Shown: piece after piece, positions 1 through 12,844 of the stretch
How the letters are laid out: each line of letters begins with the position of its first letter
Numbering within the stretch: the first letter of the stretch is position 1
Assembly (NCBI GenBank): GCA_973895155.1
Contig: OZ316892.1
Coordinates: 2,545,223-2,609,222, forward strand
DNA: 64,000 nucleotides
Reading direction: 5' to 3'
From: Marsupella aquatica
Taxonomy: Eukaryota > Plantae > Marchantiophyta
Position numbers and translations under genes: made by a program
Notes under the pieces: generated by a model
Told to the model about the DNA's origin: nothing
The model's database searches: none
Seen by the model: only the letters and a program-made list of their open reading frames with translations

Positions 1-3000
1 TTGTCACATCCTGCCCCCAAAGTGATGTAAAGCTAAGTTTGGCTTGTTCTCATATTTGAATGGCTCCCATCATCCCAAACACGAAAAGAAAAAGACACAG
101 CCTCCAACTTCTTGGAAATCCCCCAAAGCCAGAGAACATGTAAAAAGAAATAAAGCAATGCTATTAGCATTGTCCTCAGAGTGTCATCCCTTGTACGGTC
201 CGTACTGTAGGCGACTGACCAGAACCGTATTATTGTGTACATAAAGGAAAAGTACATCTGAGGTACGAATGGGCTCTATCGTAAGGTACTTGTGTACCAC
301 ATCTTGTACAAAAAGTGACTTGGGGATATAATCTTACTTATAAAGCTATTCTAGGGCCCCACCAAAGTAATGTACATAGAACAAAAATATCAGTAGACAT
401 GAAGAGTATATGGGTGAAGATAAATTATATATGCCATGAATATGTTTTTATCATTTTATTAATATTTAAAAAAATTATTATTACTTCTCTACTCATGTTC
501 AAAGAAGGGGTAATCAGGGCTACTTTAACAGATAATTGACTATGACAGTATGTAGTCCACCTTGTATTATTCTTTTGATATAAATTAAAAGTTGTACTAT
601 AGGGTAGTGTATATACTTTGTTTTCACAAAAATTAGTAAATATTTTAGGTAGTTATTCTTAGCTCTAGAGTTCTTTTGTAACTGCAGTTAGTAAAGTTAT
701 AGTCAAGTGCTTGGTTACAATTAGATGTGCAACTCCTACTTACATTAATAGGACTTAGTTAGATGATGGAACTTAGACTCATAGTCAGTGGAGATAGGAA
801 GAGTTCAGTTTGTGGGGACTTCACGAGGACTTGACATGACTGATGGGGTTAGAGTTCAATAAAGCTTTCTTGTGTGTTCCCACGATTGTCGCCTCTAGTG
901 AGGGGAATCACATATCTCCTGTGTCAATTACTTGTGTATTTGGTAGATATTGTTTGTGTGCATGTCGTATTATGAGTAATGGTCATTTTACTCAACAAAT
1001 ATGAGTTTTCTTTGAATATTAATAGAATTGATGACAAAAACAGATGTGTATGACATCATTTTCACATATGGTAATATTGTTCTTTCTATCACATAACCTT
1101 TGGTGGGGCCTAGAGTCATGGTCTAATGGCTTAACTCTGAAGCTTAGACCCCAACTCTAGCTTCCAATGGCAAATTATGCTTAAGACTGTTGAACAAGAA
1201 TATGAAGCTTGGATGGACCAAGGAATTTCATGGATTGCCAAAGTTGGGATGGATCTTGGCTGAATTGTGACCTGTAAAGGGCTCCTGGCCATTTGCAACC
1301 GATTTCCATTAGTTTATTTGCCATGGTACTCAGTCACTTCTCATGCACAAGCTACTCAGCACATTCTAGCTTGACAAATATGAAATGTCCTTCTCCAACG
1401 TGGTGCTCATGCACAAACTACTCAGGGCGTCATTCACAAAAGTGAAGTTTTTTTTTTTTTTTTTTTAATTTTTTTTTTTAAATTTCTATCCCAAAGTGAC
1501 AACTCGATGTTCATTCCACCGTACTCAGGGTGTAGAGGACTTGTCACTTTGGGCTTTGTTGGAGTTGGTTTATAATATTTTGCATTCCTTGGCAATGGAG
1601 CAAACAATTTTAAAAAAAGCTTAACCTATTTTAGGTAATAGATTGGACATCAGAGAATATGCTGGGAGCATTTGAGCTTGGAGAGAGATCTTGTTCGATA
1701 AATGCACAAGTTTGCCAAAAGCCAGCATTTTACACTCGCCGAGGCACCTGCAAAACTACTTACAACATCCTTTTCAAAGCAACCAGTAGTGTGAATTTTG
1801 GGGTACCTTAAGGGTTGTTTGATGATGTTGGGGTACATAGGCAGCTTTATATCTCATTATTTTAAACCATATTTTGCGGTGTATTTGTAGGGTTGAAGTT
1901 GAGCACAGTGCATAGCCGTGGCTGTCAGAAGTAGTGTCTGTATACGCGATTGCACCAGATCGACGAATCCCAACTATTTATCTAGGGTACAACGACTTAC
2001 CGTATATTTAGCGGGATATTTAGGGTCCTTCATTGCTCCTTAATGGAGCAATGGGGCTCCCATATGCCTCCCCGCTGCGGAGGTTAGGGTTTAGGAGCAT
2101 ATCAGGACCATAAACATATATGTAAAGTGAGGCAGCTTTTGTCATAGTCCATGTGGATGGGCAAACAAACCCTGTGTCTATCCAGGCCCAATTTTTGTTG
2201 ATGGAAGTGTTTTATTCATGGAAGTGTTTTATTCACACAGTAACAATAAAGTCCAGTACAGCAAAAGAAGGCAACCTGGAACCTTGTAGGTCATCCTTTC
2301 ATTGATTGATTTTGAATTATGTGTTGAAGAAGAGGGAAAGTGAAGCTAGGATGAACTGAAGGGTTGTTCCTGCCCATCCTGATGGACTCTGTAACAAGCT
2401 GCTTCAATTCCCTCTTCAATTTTGACCCAAAACTTACATTGCCTGCTGCCATTTGGATATATAGTAGAATAATTAGGGACAGTGATGACAGAAAACTATT
2501 TAGTGCCTTACCAGTCTTGTCGAGAAAAGGACCACTATTCGTAAGATAGCATTATTTACAAAATACTGACATTCTCTAGAACACAGGCTTGACAACACAC
2601 AGCCTGAGTTCATAAGGCCAATAGTTTGTGAATGAAGGGCATTGCAAGTAACCGAAGCTGTGTCACAATTACAGGACTAAAATGACCCACCAACTACACA
2701 AAAAAATGCAGATTCACCAGCTGCACAACAGCAACACCAAAAATTGCTTTAGCAGGAGATAGCAAGGCAAAAAAGTAGTATTGGACCTCTCCCTCCCCAT
2801 GTTACTGGAAGTTTGGGAAGTGTAGTTGAAACACTGACATGTTCGTTACATTTATTACAACAATGACATCATAACACCTCTGACTCATTAATGAATTAAT
2901 TTTAATGTATTATGATGTCATGGACAATACAATCATACTTTATGGGGGACCAAAAAAGGGAATGAAGACAAATATCATTTCTCAATGTTTCTGCCATAGA

Positions 3001-5605
3001 AACCGTCCACTTCAAAGTTGTAAGTTTTATTATAAAGGGGCTCAAATCTTATCTTATAGCCCTTCGTAGCTGATGATAAAAATTATATAAACAATTACAA
3101 AGATATAAGGTTTAATTTTATTATATGAACGGGTTCAGATTTTATTATAGAGCCCTAAAGCTGATGATTTTCCTTATGCAAAAAATTATAACTCTTCCAC
3201 CAAACCCAGATCGGAAGAAAAGTAGAGAGGACCCTGGGTCCCCACCAATCAAGCAAAACCTGCTTGTGCACTAGCCCTTGTGCAGTATAATCTATGTAAT
3301 TTATATAGATTGCATGGTTCATTTTAATTAGCACTGTGGTAAGTAAAATCAAATTTGAAAATGTCATCTATTTGCAACTCGGGGGCCTCAATCCAAGGGG
3401 TGTCCCATATCACGCGCAAAGTTTTGACGAAATAAACACCCTAAAATTTAAGTCAATAAAGTTTTTTTAGGAATTGTTTTACCCTAACTTATTCAGATAT
3501 TCCAAGAATATTCCCAAATTTGATTTTTAAAAATCCTATGATTTTAATAATTCTCAAAATTGGATTAAAATAACACTAATGTTCTTTAACAACAATTTAA
3601 AAGTATTTCACTAAACCCAATAAAAAAACCCTATAAGTCGCGCATGATGGGTTGGAAGAAAAGAAGTGAGGAGCCCGGGATTTGCAAACACCAGAGGAAG
3701 ACCCCAACTTTGTAATCCACAAAAATGTGTGACAAATTCTTCTCTAAAATAATTTGTAATGCGTAATTTATCTTTGAGAAATAATCTACCCTCCCTGCCC
3801 TTACAATATTGAGCAAAAGAATAATTGTTATACACAGGAAAAAACATTTAGAGTATCAAGCAAATTGGGGAGTGAGTTTAGATTATATGATTTGACCAGC
3901 TAAAGATTTCTAGATTGGGCACATATATAATAAATGAAAAAGCATTTGAGCACCAAACTACTGTTCACTTAAATTAGTGTCACTGTGGTCTCAAGAGTGG
4001 GAAGATAGTGAAAAATAGTGGGAAAATAGGGGAAAAACTATTTTGATGAATCCACAAGAATTAGTGTTACCTTGGACAAGTCACCCATTTTGGAAAACCA
4101 ACAAAAATTGGAGTTACTTGCACTCAAGGTTGGTTTTACCAAAATTAGTGTTAGTGACACTAACTTGGTTAGTAGTAACACTGACATAACACTAATTACT
4201 GTGAATGGTGTAAATTAATGACATGACCTGGTCTACCTACCCTAGTTCTTGGAGGCATAACAAAATGCAAGTCAAAGAAACAATACTTTTGATCTGCAAG
4301 CAATGAGCAGGGAAAAAAACCTTTTTATTTCATTTCAGGAGTTTCCATGTAGTATACTACAATACAAAAGGATGCTTATTTAAGCAATGCTATGCATTTA
4401 GGTGGAAATATTTATGGACCCCACTAGAGGTCCCTTCCAAACTTCCTGGCACCACAGCGCGCCACATCAACAACAACCGTAACAAACAAGACTCATCAGT
4501 TTTGTGAATCAAACTTATAGTTTTCATTCGTGTTTGTGTCAATTTGGGTGTAAATTTTGGGACGTCATGCCGTAAAAAGAAAAGTAAAAAATTAGAAATA
4601 CAAAGAGCAAGACGGTTGAAATTGTCACTATGTAACCGTTTTAGTTACATTTCCAATTTTAAAACTTAAATTCAAAGATTTAAAAAATATTTTTCATATA
4701 ACAAATAATGACTAATAATTAACTCGATAACTTCCTTGTTAAAGGGTAATTGGCACCTGGTGTAAGAATTCCGGCCCTTTGCAATTAAGCTACACTGCTA
4801 GCCATGGTCCGAACTTGAACTCAATGAACTGATACAATTCATTTGATCAGACATTTATCTAATTGCAAATGGACTTGCCACGGATTGAATTCTGACTCTC
4901 GTAGTTTGAGAATTTGGTAGCATGTAGCAAAAAGGCCTGATTTTGACAACTGCTTGTGATAACCATGCTGTCAATTAGCCAAGGGGTCCACAAACTAATT
5001 TGGTAGTAAACACCTCGTGCAATTTTCTATTTATCTCTATTGATGGTTAGGAGCCATTACCCCCTGCAAGCGTGGACCATTATGCAATTTTCAGGCTACA
5101 AATAGAATAAACCTACACTCAAGGCTTACACTTGTTAATCCATGGCCACTTGGGGGGCCTTGGGACTAATTACCTGGGGCTCATGGCCAGGTCATTTTAG
5201 CGTGCAAGGAAACAGTAAAAGCTTTCCTCACATGACCCCTAATTTTTCTATATCCAACTGCCAAACCTGGTTGATAACATACATTTTTGGGACTAGCCAT
5301 CTGGAATCTAAAAAATCACAAAATATATAAAAGGAAGCAAAAGAAATTTAAAATCACTAGTGTCTCGATAGCAAAGCTCTCCTGGCTACCAAAATGAGTG
5401 TTTGCTCCCATTATAAAATACCTCCTCACAGCCCTCAGGGATCACATCATTCCTATAAGCCCCCTTGGGGCCATGAGTTACCCTACACCATGCAAGAAAA
5501 CTAGTAAACTATTGTATCACACATATCTACTGTGTACTATCCCAAGCACTACAATAGGGTGGGGTTCAATCATTCGATCCTGCATGCATTATAGGTTGGG
5601 AACGT

Positions 5606-5720
5606 AGCTACTGAGCTACCGTAGGGTTGACCACATCTTCAGATTCTTAGCCTGGGTCAGAACTGAGCTACTGAGCTACCAAGGGGTAGACTGAAACTTT
5701 CACATTCTCTAGCCTGGGCA
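5606..5720. repeat. Two-copy ~59-bp tandem repeat
   Basis: agctactgagctacc...agcctggg occurs twice in tandem. Confidence 0.7.
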
Positions 5721-7669
5721 CAGTCAAAGAACAAGAAGAATTGTTCAAAATCAAGGTAAACTCAAGACACAAACTTAAGTTACAATCATTTATATTTATA
5801 TTAGTACATACTATCATAGATATTGAACAATAAATTCAAACCATTACTTGATGCCTACTGTGCCCTCGCATAGTTTTCGGGGTCAAATGCAGTTTTGTTA
5901 AAGACGAATAGACGCGAGTAACCTTTTTAATTTTAAATTGGGAAAAGAAGGTAAGATGTCGATCTCTGCTCTTTTTCAGAAGTGAGACTCTCTTATGATT
6001 TTACTAATAGATGTATGTAAACCATTAAATCATCCTAGATTTAAGGAGAACCGTCTGGCCTGGCAACTGGATCTATAACCAAGTATCCGTTTGGGGAATT
6101 TGAGCATATTGCTAAGTAAGAATTTGGTGCCAAACTAAAAAAGGCTGGCTGTCATTGTTTCACACAACAAGAACATTCCTTGCATATTGATAGATTTCTT
6201 GGTATGGCTGCAACAAAGCCAGTAGTGTGATCATCTTAGGTAATCGGCACTACAATGACTTCATGAATTTTTAGTAAAGTTCTGGTCTCAATTGACCAGT
6301 TTTTGGTTTGAGTGCAATTTCAATTTTGATTTTCCCGCTTTTGAATTCTGACCTAGCCTTCATCCCTAGCAGATGACCAGGTCATCCCTGTTTGTGCAGT
6401 AAATAAATAAATAAATAAACATTTAATTGAGATTTTACAACCCGTAAAAAAATGTTTTGGGTTCCTCGTCAAACCTCAATTAAATTTGTCAACTGCTACA
6501 AGGAAATTATCGAGAATCTATTCCCTGTTATGAGAGAATTCCAGTGGCCCACACTGCCTTGCAAACAGGATGTTAGTATATTCTTTACATCCAGTGCGAA
6601 GATGCGGCAGTGGGGCGGGTTGTCCACTAGTACAAATGGAGATGTCAAGTTATTCTGGTTATTCCCTCAGCCCCTCATGGAACACATATGATTGCACTGC
6701 AATTATGCCAATAATGAAAAAGTGATGGAAAGTAGATTTATTCGATGACAAAATCATGAGATCACATCCCCCAAACTGAACCCTTTAAATGTGTGTTTTG
6801 CATGCCGGGTTAAATTGAAGGTCCATGCAAGCTGAGTGTGCAAGTATACCCACCCCCTCAGTTCGCATGGTATGATGAAACCCCAAAAATTCCTTGTTGG
6901 TTAGCTATCAGATAGGAAAAGTGGAAAGTCTTGAGGGCTATCGGATTCTCGATGGATAAGACTTGTCCAATGATATAATTGTCAGCCCCAGATGCCTTGA
7001 ATTGTGAAGATCTGTCTCGATGTCGATTCACTTTTCCGAATTTGACCATCAACAATCGAATGGAAGACATGGACAGGAATATCATAATTGCACTTTCCAT
7101 ATGAATTTTACATTTCTCTTTCCCTGTTTTATTTCAGTTCTCGTCTGAACAGCATGTACATTTCGCTCTGTGAACAAAATTAAAAGATCTACCGCTGGCT
7201 AGTAAGCTCTCAATCTGGCATGCAAGCAGACCAGAATCACACTTCATGGACAGACTTCCCTGGTTCAAGAAAGAGTATATTCCTTTAAAGTTCATGACCT
7301 CCATTCAGACTAGTAGAGAAACGAAATGCTCACCAGAGATCACATGCAATCCCAATTGACATCGAGAATATTGAACCCTTACCATGCTGTGAGAGGTGTG
7401 ACAGCTCATTCGTTCGCTCATCATCTGATGAAAGGTATTCTATCAGTGTTTTCATCAGCTCACACGACTACAATATCTAGTGCACAGACATAACTTCGAG
7501 GTATTTTCCCCTCATGCCCCACTTCTGCAAGAGGGTCTAGTACATTAGATTTTAGTTGAACTCTGTTCCGCAAGAGGGTTTAGAACATAAGATTTTAGTT
7601 GAATTCTGTTTGCTCAGGCAGAAGTCTCTGGATAGGATTAGATTGGGGCTAGGGACATCCTGTCCCTTC

Positions 7670-7974
7670 CTCTTTTTTTTTGCCTTCCAGGCCCATCCAA
7701 GAGAGGATAGATGTCCTGCCCTGGAATATGTCATTGTAGGGTAGTCACAAGGGGACAACACTCAGAAATCCGTCTGGGACCTAGACCATGAGGGGGAGAG
7801 AGGGTCAGACCAGGTCCCCAAAGAGGGCCAGCCAGGGGCTAAGGAGAATCCATTGCGCCCACCACTACACCCCATCCAACCATACACACACATACCCTTC
7901 ACAAGAACCTGGACCTCGGTACTAGGCTTATCCCCCAGCCAGTTCCCAGGCCATCCGACCACAGCCAGTTGGTT
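7670..7974 (-). mobile_element. SINE family copy (tRNA-like head, A-rich tail)
   Basis: The reverse complement starts aaccaactggctgtggtc and ends tatcctctcttggatgggc...aaggcaaaaaaaaa. It aligns by eye with 51863-52176 and 43300-43560. Confidence 0.75.
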
Positions 7975-8398
7975 TTATCTATTCTGCTTGTTTGAGGTCG
8001 TTTTACACAAGAGTTTCAGTTTTGCTAGTCTAGCATATTTACCTTCTTATTTGTGTCGACAGAAATAGACTAGATCGTGACACAAACTTGTTAAACCTCA
8101 CTTTCCTGTACACACAGAAGGCATTATGAGATGATATACGTTTCTGCTTGCTAAACTACAAATACACCACACCAAAAGCTAAAGGAACCATCGAAAGCCA
8201 ACAGAGTTTGGCATATGATCATCTGTGCTTCCAGAGCTGTCCTTTGCAATTAAAGAAATTTTGTCATTTATATAAAGTTCGCTCCTTCGAATGCCATCCG
8301 ATAAAACTTCAAAATCCTGGCGTGCCACACAAAATATTCCCAGGCCCCAAAAGGCGACTCTGATCTGTCAAACAAAGGAAATTAGTTGCATTCATAGA

Positions 8399-8652
8399 AC
8401 TTAGCATACCCGAAGTTCCAAATTGAGGATATAATTTATGGGCATGAAGTCCCAAAAATGACAGCCGCCGTAAATCTAAATCATTGCTCTAGCTATAACT
8501 TACTATTGAACTTATATAAAGGCTGACTTAGAATACCTGAAGTTCCAAAACTGAGATATAATTAATGGACATGAAGTCCCAAAAATGACAGCCGCCGTAA
8601 ATCTCAATCATTGCTCTAGCTATAACTTACTATCGAACTCATAAAAAGGCTG
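8399..8652. repeat. Tandem duplication, 2 x ~127 bp, covering the dapF last codons, stop and proximal 3' UTR
   Basis: 8399-8525 and 8526-8652 are near-identical (catgaagtcccaaaaatgacagccgccgtaaatct...tcattgctctagctataacttacta). Confidence 0.9.
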
Positions 8653-11600
8653 TCCCCGCAAATACTTTTTGGGCAGGTCCAGTCATGTAAAGACGATTAT
8701 CATCTTCTCTCCATTCTATTTGAAGGGGACCACCTGGAAGCTCCACCAGGCATTTCTGTTAACAGCAGACAGATGGTTAGTGTGTTTTTGCAAAATGAAT
8801 GTCACGATTCACATATAAAGATCTTACAGAACATTCCGCGACAAACGAACAAAACTTAGTAGATGCATTTTCATGACTTTTGAAACACCCATTACCCTTT
8901 CAGTTCGCCCTTCCAAAACAGCGGCTACAACTAATGCACAAGCCCCAGTTCCACATGCCAGCGTTGCCCCTGAATGACAAATACCAAGTAGCTTAGTCTT
9001 CACAGATCAAATAAGACCGAGATCATCAACTTATTGACTTATGCCCCCACATTCTCGAATCTAAATTCTCTATACACATGCTCAGCAACCTTACTGTCGT
9101 AATTTCCACGTGAAGAAATGAACCTTGCGACATATGGGTGCGTGAAAAAAAAACATTATGCAGTATTTTAGCGTATACCACCAAAATTTAAGGAAAATTC
9201 AAGATGTCTTGAGCAGGCTGGTCACGTCTATGCATGTCACAGAAAAGACGAGCTGTGTTTAGGAGCTCTTTCCAAAAATGATGTCATAAGCCTTACGGTT
9301 TACTGGCCCGTCCTTGGGAACTGTCCAGACTCTCCAAACAGATGAAGATCTCCCATGGGAAAACAATTCTATACTAATGGGATTGTCGAGCTCAGTAGCA
9401 AAATAGTACTAATGGGTTGTCTTACAGAAGAACGACTAAACCAGTTGCAAAATCAGTGGACAACTCATGCATCGATCCACGTAGCTAACTACCATATCCG
9501 AAGTCCACCAGGAGCTCAACGAGACGAGAGATGGGAAGAATCCACCGAATTCTTAGGAATGATCATTTGATCGTTGCCCCTGAACTCAAACGAAGAGATC
9601 TCACCTGCACCTCGCTCCCATACACGCATTCGAATATGAGATGGTGATAAAACTTGAATAAACTCTGCGACAAGATATAAGTAGGGCTGAATTAGACGTG
9701 ACCACGAGTATTTAGGCAAGTAAATCTAAACTAAATTCGGCATGTAAGCACGCTAGAAGAAACAGGGTAAAGGACATAGGAGTCGACTTGTTCAATGATC
9801 AATTGATTCTACAAAGACTGTCTTTGCAACGTCCTCGCAGCGTAGGACCTTTCTCCTACAAGCCTCGTCAACGGTAGCAGGTGTCTAGACGGTGAGGGAA
9901 CAGGTAAACCCGATTCAAACCTTTACGGTTAGGGAGAAAGGGACGCATCTAAAGGTTACATTATTGTTATGTATACCTGTATTGGTTCTTGCAGGGAAAA
10001 CTTCATGACATTCAAAGTCAGGACCAATTAAAGATAAAGGTAAATCATCTAAAACCTGCACACAGACACACGGATATCACCACATCAAGAGTCAGCCCAG
10101 AAAATGTGCAATTTAATCCTGAGTGGTACAATACTCTGTACCTTGAACGTAACTTAGATTGAAAGCCCAGGAATTTGGAAACCCACCTACAAGTCTGAAC
10201 AAACGATAATCTTGGATGACACAAGTTTTCTGGTATATGCACAAAAATGTATACCTCAGTATCATCCAAGATTGTGATACAGTGAGGATTCCCCATGCTG
10301 ACGCAAGTTACGCTCCAGCTCTTTCCATTCACCGACAACGGTACTTTCACGACTGCACCATCCTTACTGGGTGAAAGGGTTGTTGGTATCTTGCCAGCTT
10401 CTAGAATAGGAGGTCCCATGTCTACGCAAACCTGTAAAAGAAAGGTCCATCACAACATGACACATTGAACAATGCCACAACAGTCAGATTTGAGTCTTAA
10501 TGAGTAGATCACAATAGAGCATCTACAAGAAGCCATAACGATGATACAAGAGGTTTCAGGTAATGCCAAACATGTTCAGATTTCATTGCTTATCCACTTG
10601 GACTCCTTTGCACATATCAATCTCTAAGTGCCATCGCCATCAATTGGACTGCGTGAAATTGTCAATTTTAGATTAATACTCACCTGTCCATCATCTTGCA
10701 GTCTGGGAACTATCAATCCACCAAGTGTACTTATGTTATAGCTGCAATGCCCAGTTTTTACTAAGTCAACAACAGGAGGAACATATACACACTTGTAACA
10801 GGTTCTTTCCGACATATTAGGTCATTGTCAATAAAATATTTGATCAGCCGTTCATGAGAGATCCATCTCATATCTCACGAAATCGAAATCATGATTATTC
10901 TAGGCAATTCTCCGAACATAGAAACCTAAAATCTCATTGCGATCCCCTTCCGACTTGACTATCTCGTTAGAAACAGTCTAAGTCTAATAGACAGACGCAT
11001 TCGTTGCGATAAGATGGCTCGAAGAGAAATCAGAATCCTTCATTCCAGAGAGGTATACCTCCTTTGTTCGGTCGTACCCTCAAGCTCAGCCACGAACCTA
11101 GCCATGCATCTGATTCCATTTCCACACATCTGGACCAAACAAAGAAATTAACGTCTGCAAAGCTCTTTTGCAGGGCAAGCCATTTTAAAGATGAAGAAAT
11201 TTATAGAGAGATAACTTGAATTACAGATTCGATCTCTACCTCAGGCTCACTTCCATCGGAGTTATATATACGCATAGTGTAGTCACTCCCGTTAGTACCA
11301 GGCAGAACAAATATGACTCCATCTCCACCAACTCCAAAGTTTCGATCACATACAGCGACGGCTTGCTCCGGTGTAATCTTGGGAGTCTCTGAATCCCTGT
11401 TGTCGACCTACAGCATTGCAGAACTCAGAACTACTGTAAGCAGATCAATCAATCAACTCCTCTTATCTGGCATAAACCCATGAGCGGTGATGCCCTGATC
11501 CGTGTAATCCAATAACCTGAGCTTCACTTGAGAATATTACTCTGACAACAACGGCGGAATTCTTTACCAGTAAAAAGTCGTTCCCCAGGCCATGATACTT

Positions 11601-12723
11601 CACAAATTGCAACACTTTCTGCATTACGAAAGCACAGTACGCCGTCCTCAGTATAAATTCCCATCCCTAAGGACACATATAAACTCCATAACAGTTTCAG
11701 AAGTGAAGGAATTAGGACAGCTGGGCAATTTTATTGCACAATCTGATAAGGAGTATGGACGAAGACCTGACCTGTGATACAAGTTAAACGACCAGTGGAG
11801 GCTCACCATATTAAGCTTGGCTGGATGGCCGGCTCAGAATATCCAATGTTGCTGGAAGCTCCACAAATACCGGTAAGACGGAGAAACAGAATGGCTTACT
11901 ATTTCTAAATTGTCCAGAGAAGGCCACACAAGGGATCAGGCAAAACAAGGGAGAGTTTAAATTAAGAATTCCGGGTATAGAACCTTTCTTCAATCTGAAC
12001 CTTCCATTTAAGCGAAGAATGGAAGCTTCGACATTTTCTACTTCAGCGTGCCAAACTTCGCACAGTGAATACTCACATCGTAACTTCCTTGGAACAGGAG
12101 CAACGCAGCCCTAGAGGTGTTTCAGTTGGTTCTCAAAAGCTTAAGACTCCTATTTGCAATACGGGCACCTATAGAATCTTCATTTGGGCACCCGATAACC
12201 TGGAATGAGAAGCCCTTGAACGGGCTACCGCAGAGACTCCTAGACGACGGGTGGGTGCATGAGCATTGAAGACTTCCACCCACTTCCATCAACAAAGCAT
12301 TTCGATCTGCTGGATTAATGGGATACTTCTATTCGAACAGGAAAGTCCGTTATTCGCGTTTAAAAATCTGCCTTTCCAGAATCTATTCTACAGACATAGC
12401 TAAAAGGCAAAGTGATAAAAGGTTGGCATTGTAACCTTTTCCTCTGCAACTGCAGCTCCATGTCCACCTACAGCGTCGATAGCAATTGTGGCATAGCCGT
12501 AAGCCTGCGATCCACCGTTTGTGGAAGCTTCCACCCTCCAACCTTTCGAGCCTCTACGGCATCTCAGCTTGCTCTTGTCTCCAACGACACTACAGGAGTT
12601 CATTATCGCAATGGGCACCACGGATGCGAGCTGCTCTTTCTTCAAGCCGAGCTTTGCCAACACAGGACATGGCAGTGCTAGTATCGTGGTCCTAAGCGAG
12701 ACCATTGCTACGGGCCCCGCCAT
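8639..12723 (-). CDS. dapF: Diaminopimelate epimerase, plastid-targeted (lysine biosynthesis), ~380 aa, 10 coding exons
   Basis: Exons joined by hand with GT-AG sites and matching phases (minus strand): 12723-12436, 11618-11568, 11407-11240, 11129-11059, 10741-10684, 10431-10255, 10055-9977, 9664-9605, 8969-8896, 8755-8639 (TGA). The product has the DapF motifs [68 protein letters not shown] and MTGPA. Exon 1 resembles a transit peptide. The exon 1/2 junction is the least certain. Confidence 0.95.
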
Positions 12724-12844
12724 TCCTTCCTCTTTCTTCTTTACTCCTGCGCAGCACCTCTTCACCAAATCTGTTCCCACGATGCTTCGATTGTAGCCTC
12801 CCAAAACCCGAATGCCGAGCAGAAAATCTGCTGCCGACAACGAG

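Noticed and set aside
1490-1553. 13-bp inverted repeat cccaaagtgacaa / ttgtcactttggg
   Set aside because: It is short, has no TSD and no clear second copy, so it is too weak to classify.
5900-7110. Exon-like stretches on the plus strand downstream of dapF
   Set aside because: I could not assemble a consistent spliced ORF or recognise any motif.
11805-12200. Possible extra dapF exons (ag...gt-bounded stretches near 12170-12200 and 11807-11851)
   Set aside because: The phase combinations I tried introduced stops. Exon 1 joins exon 2 in frame without them.
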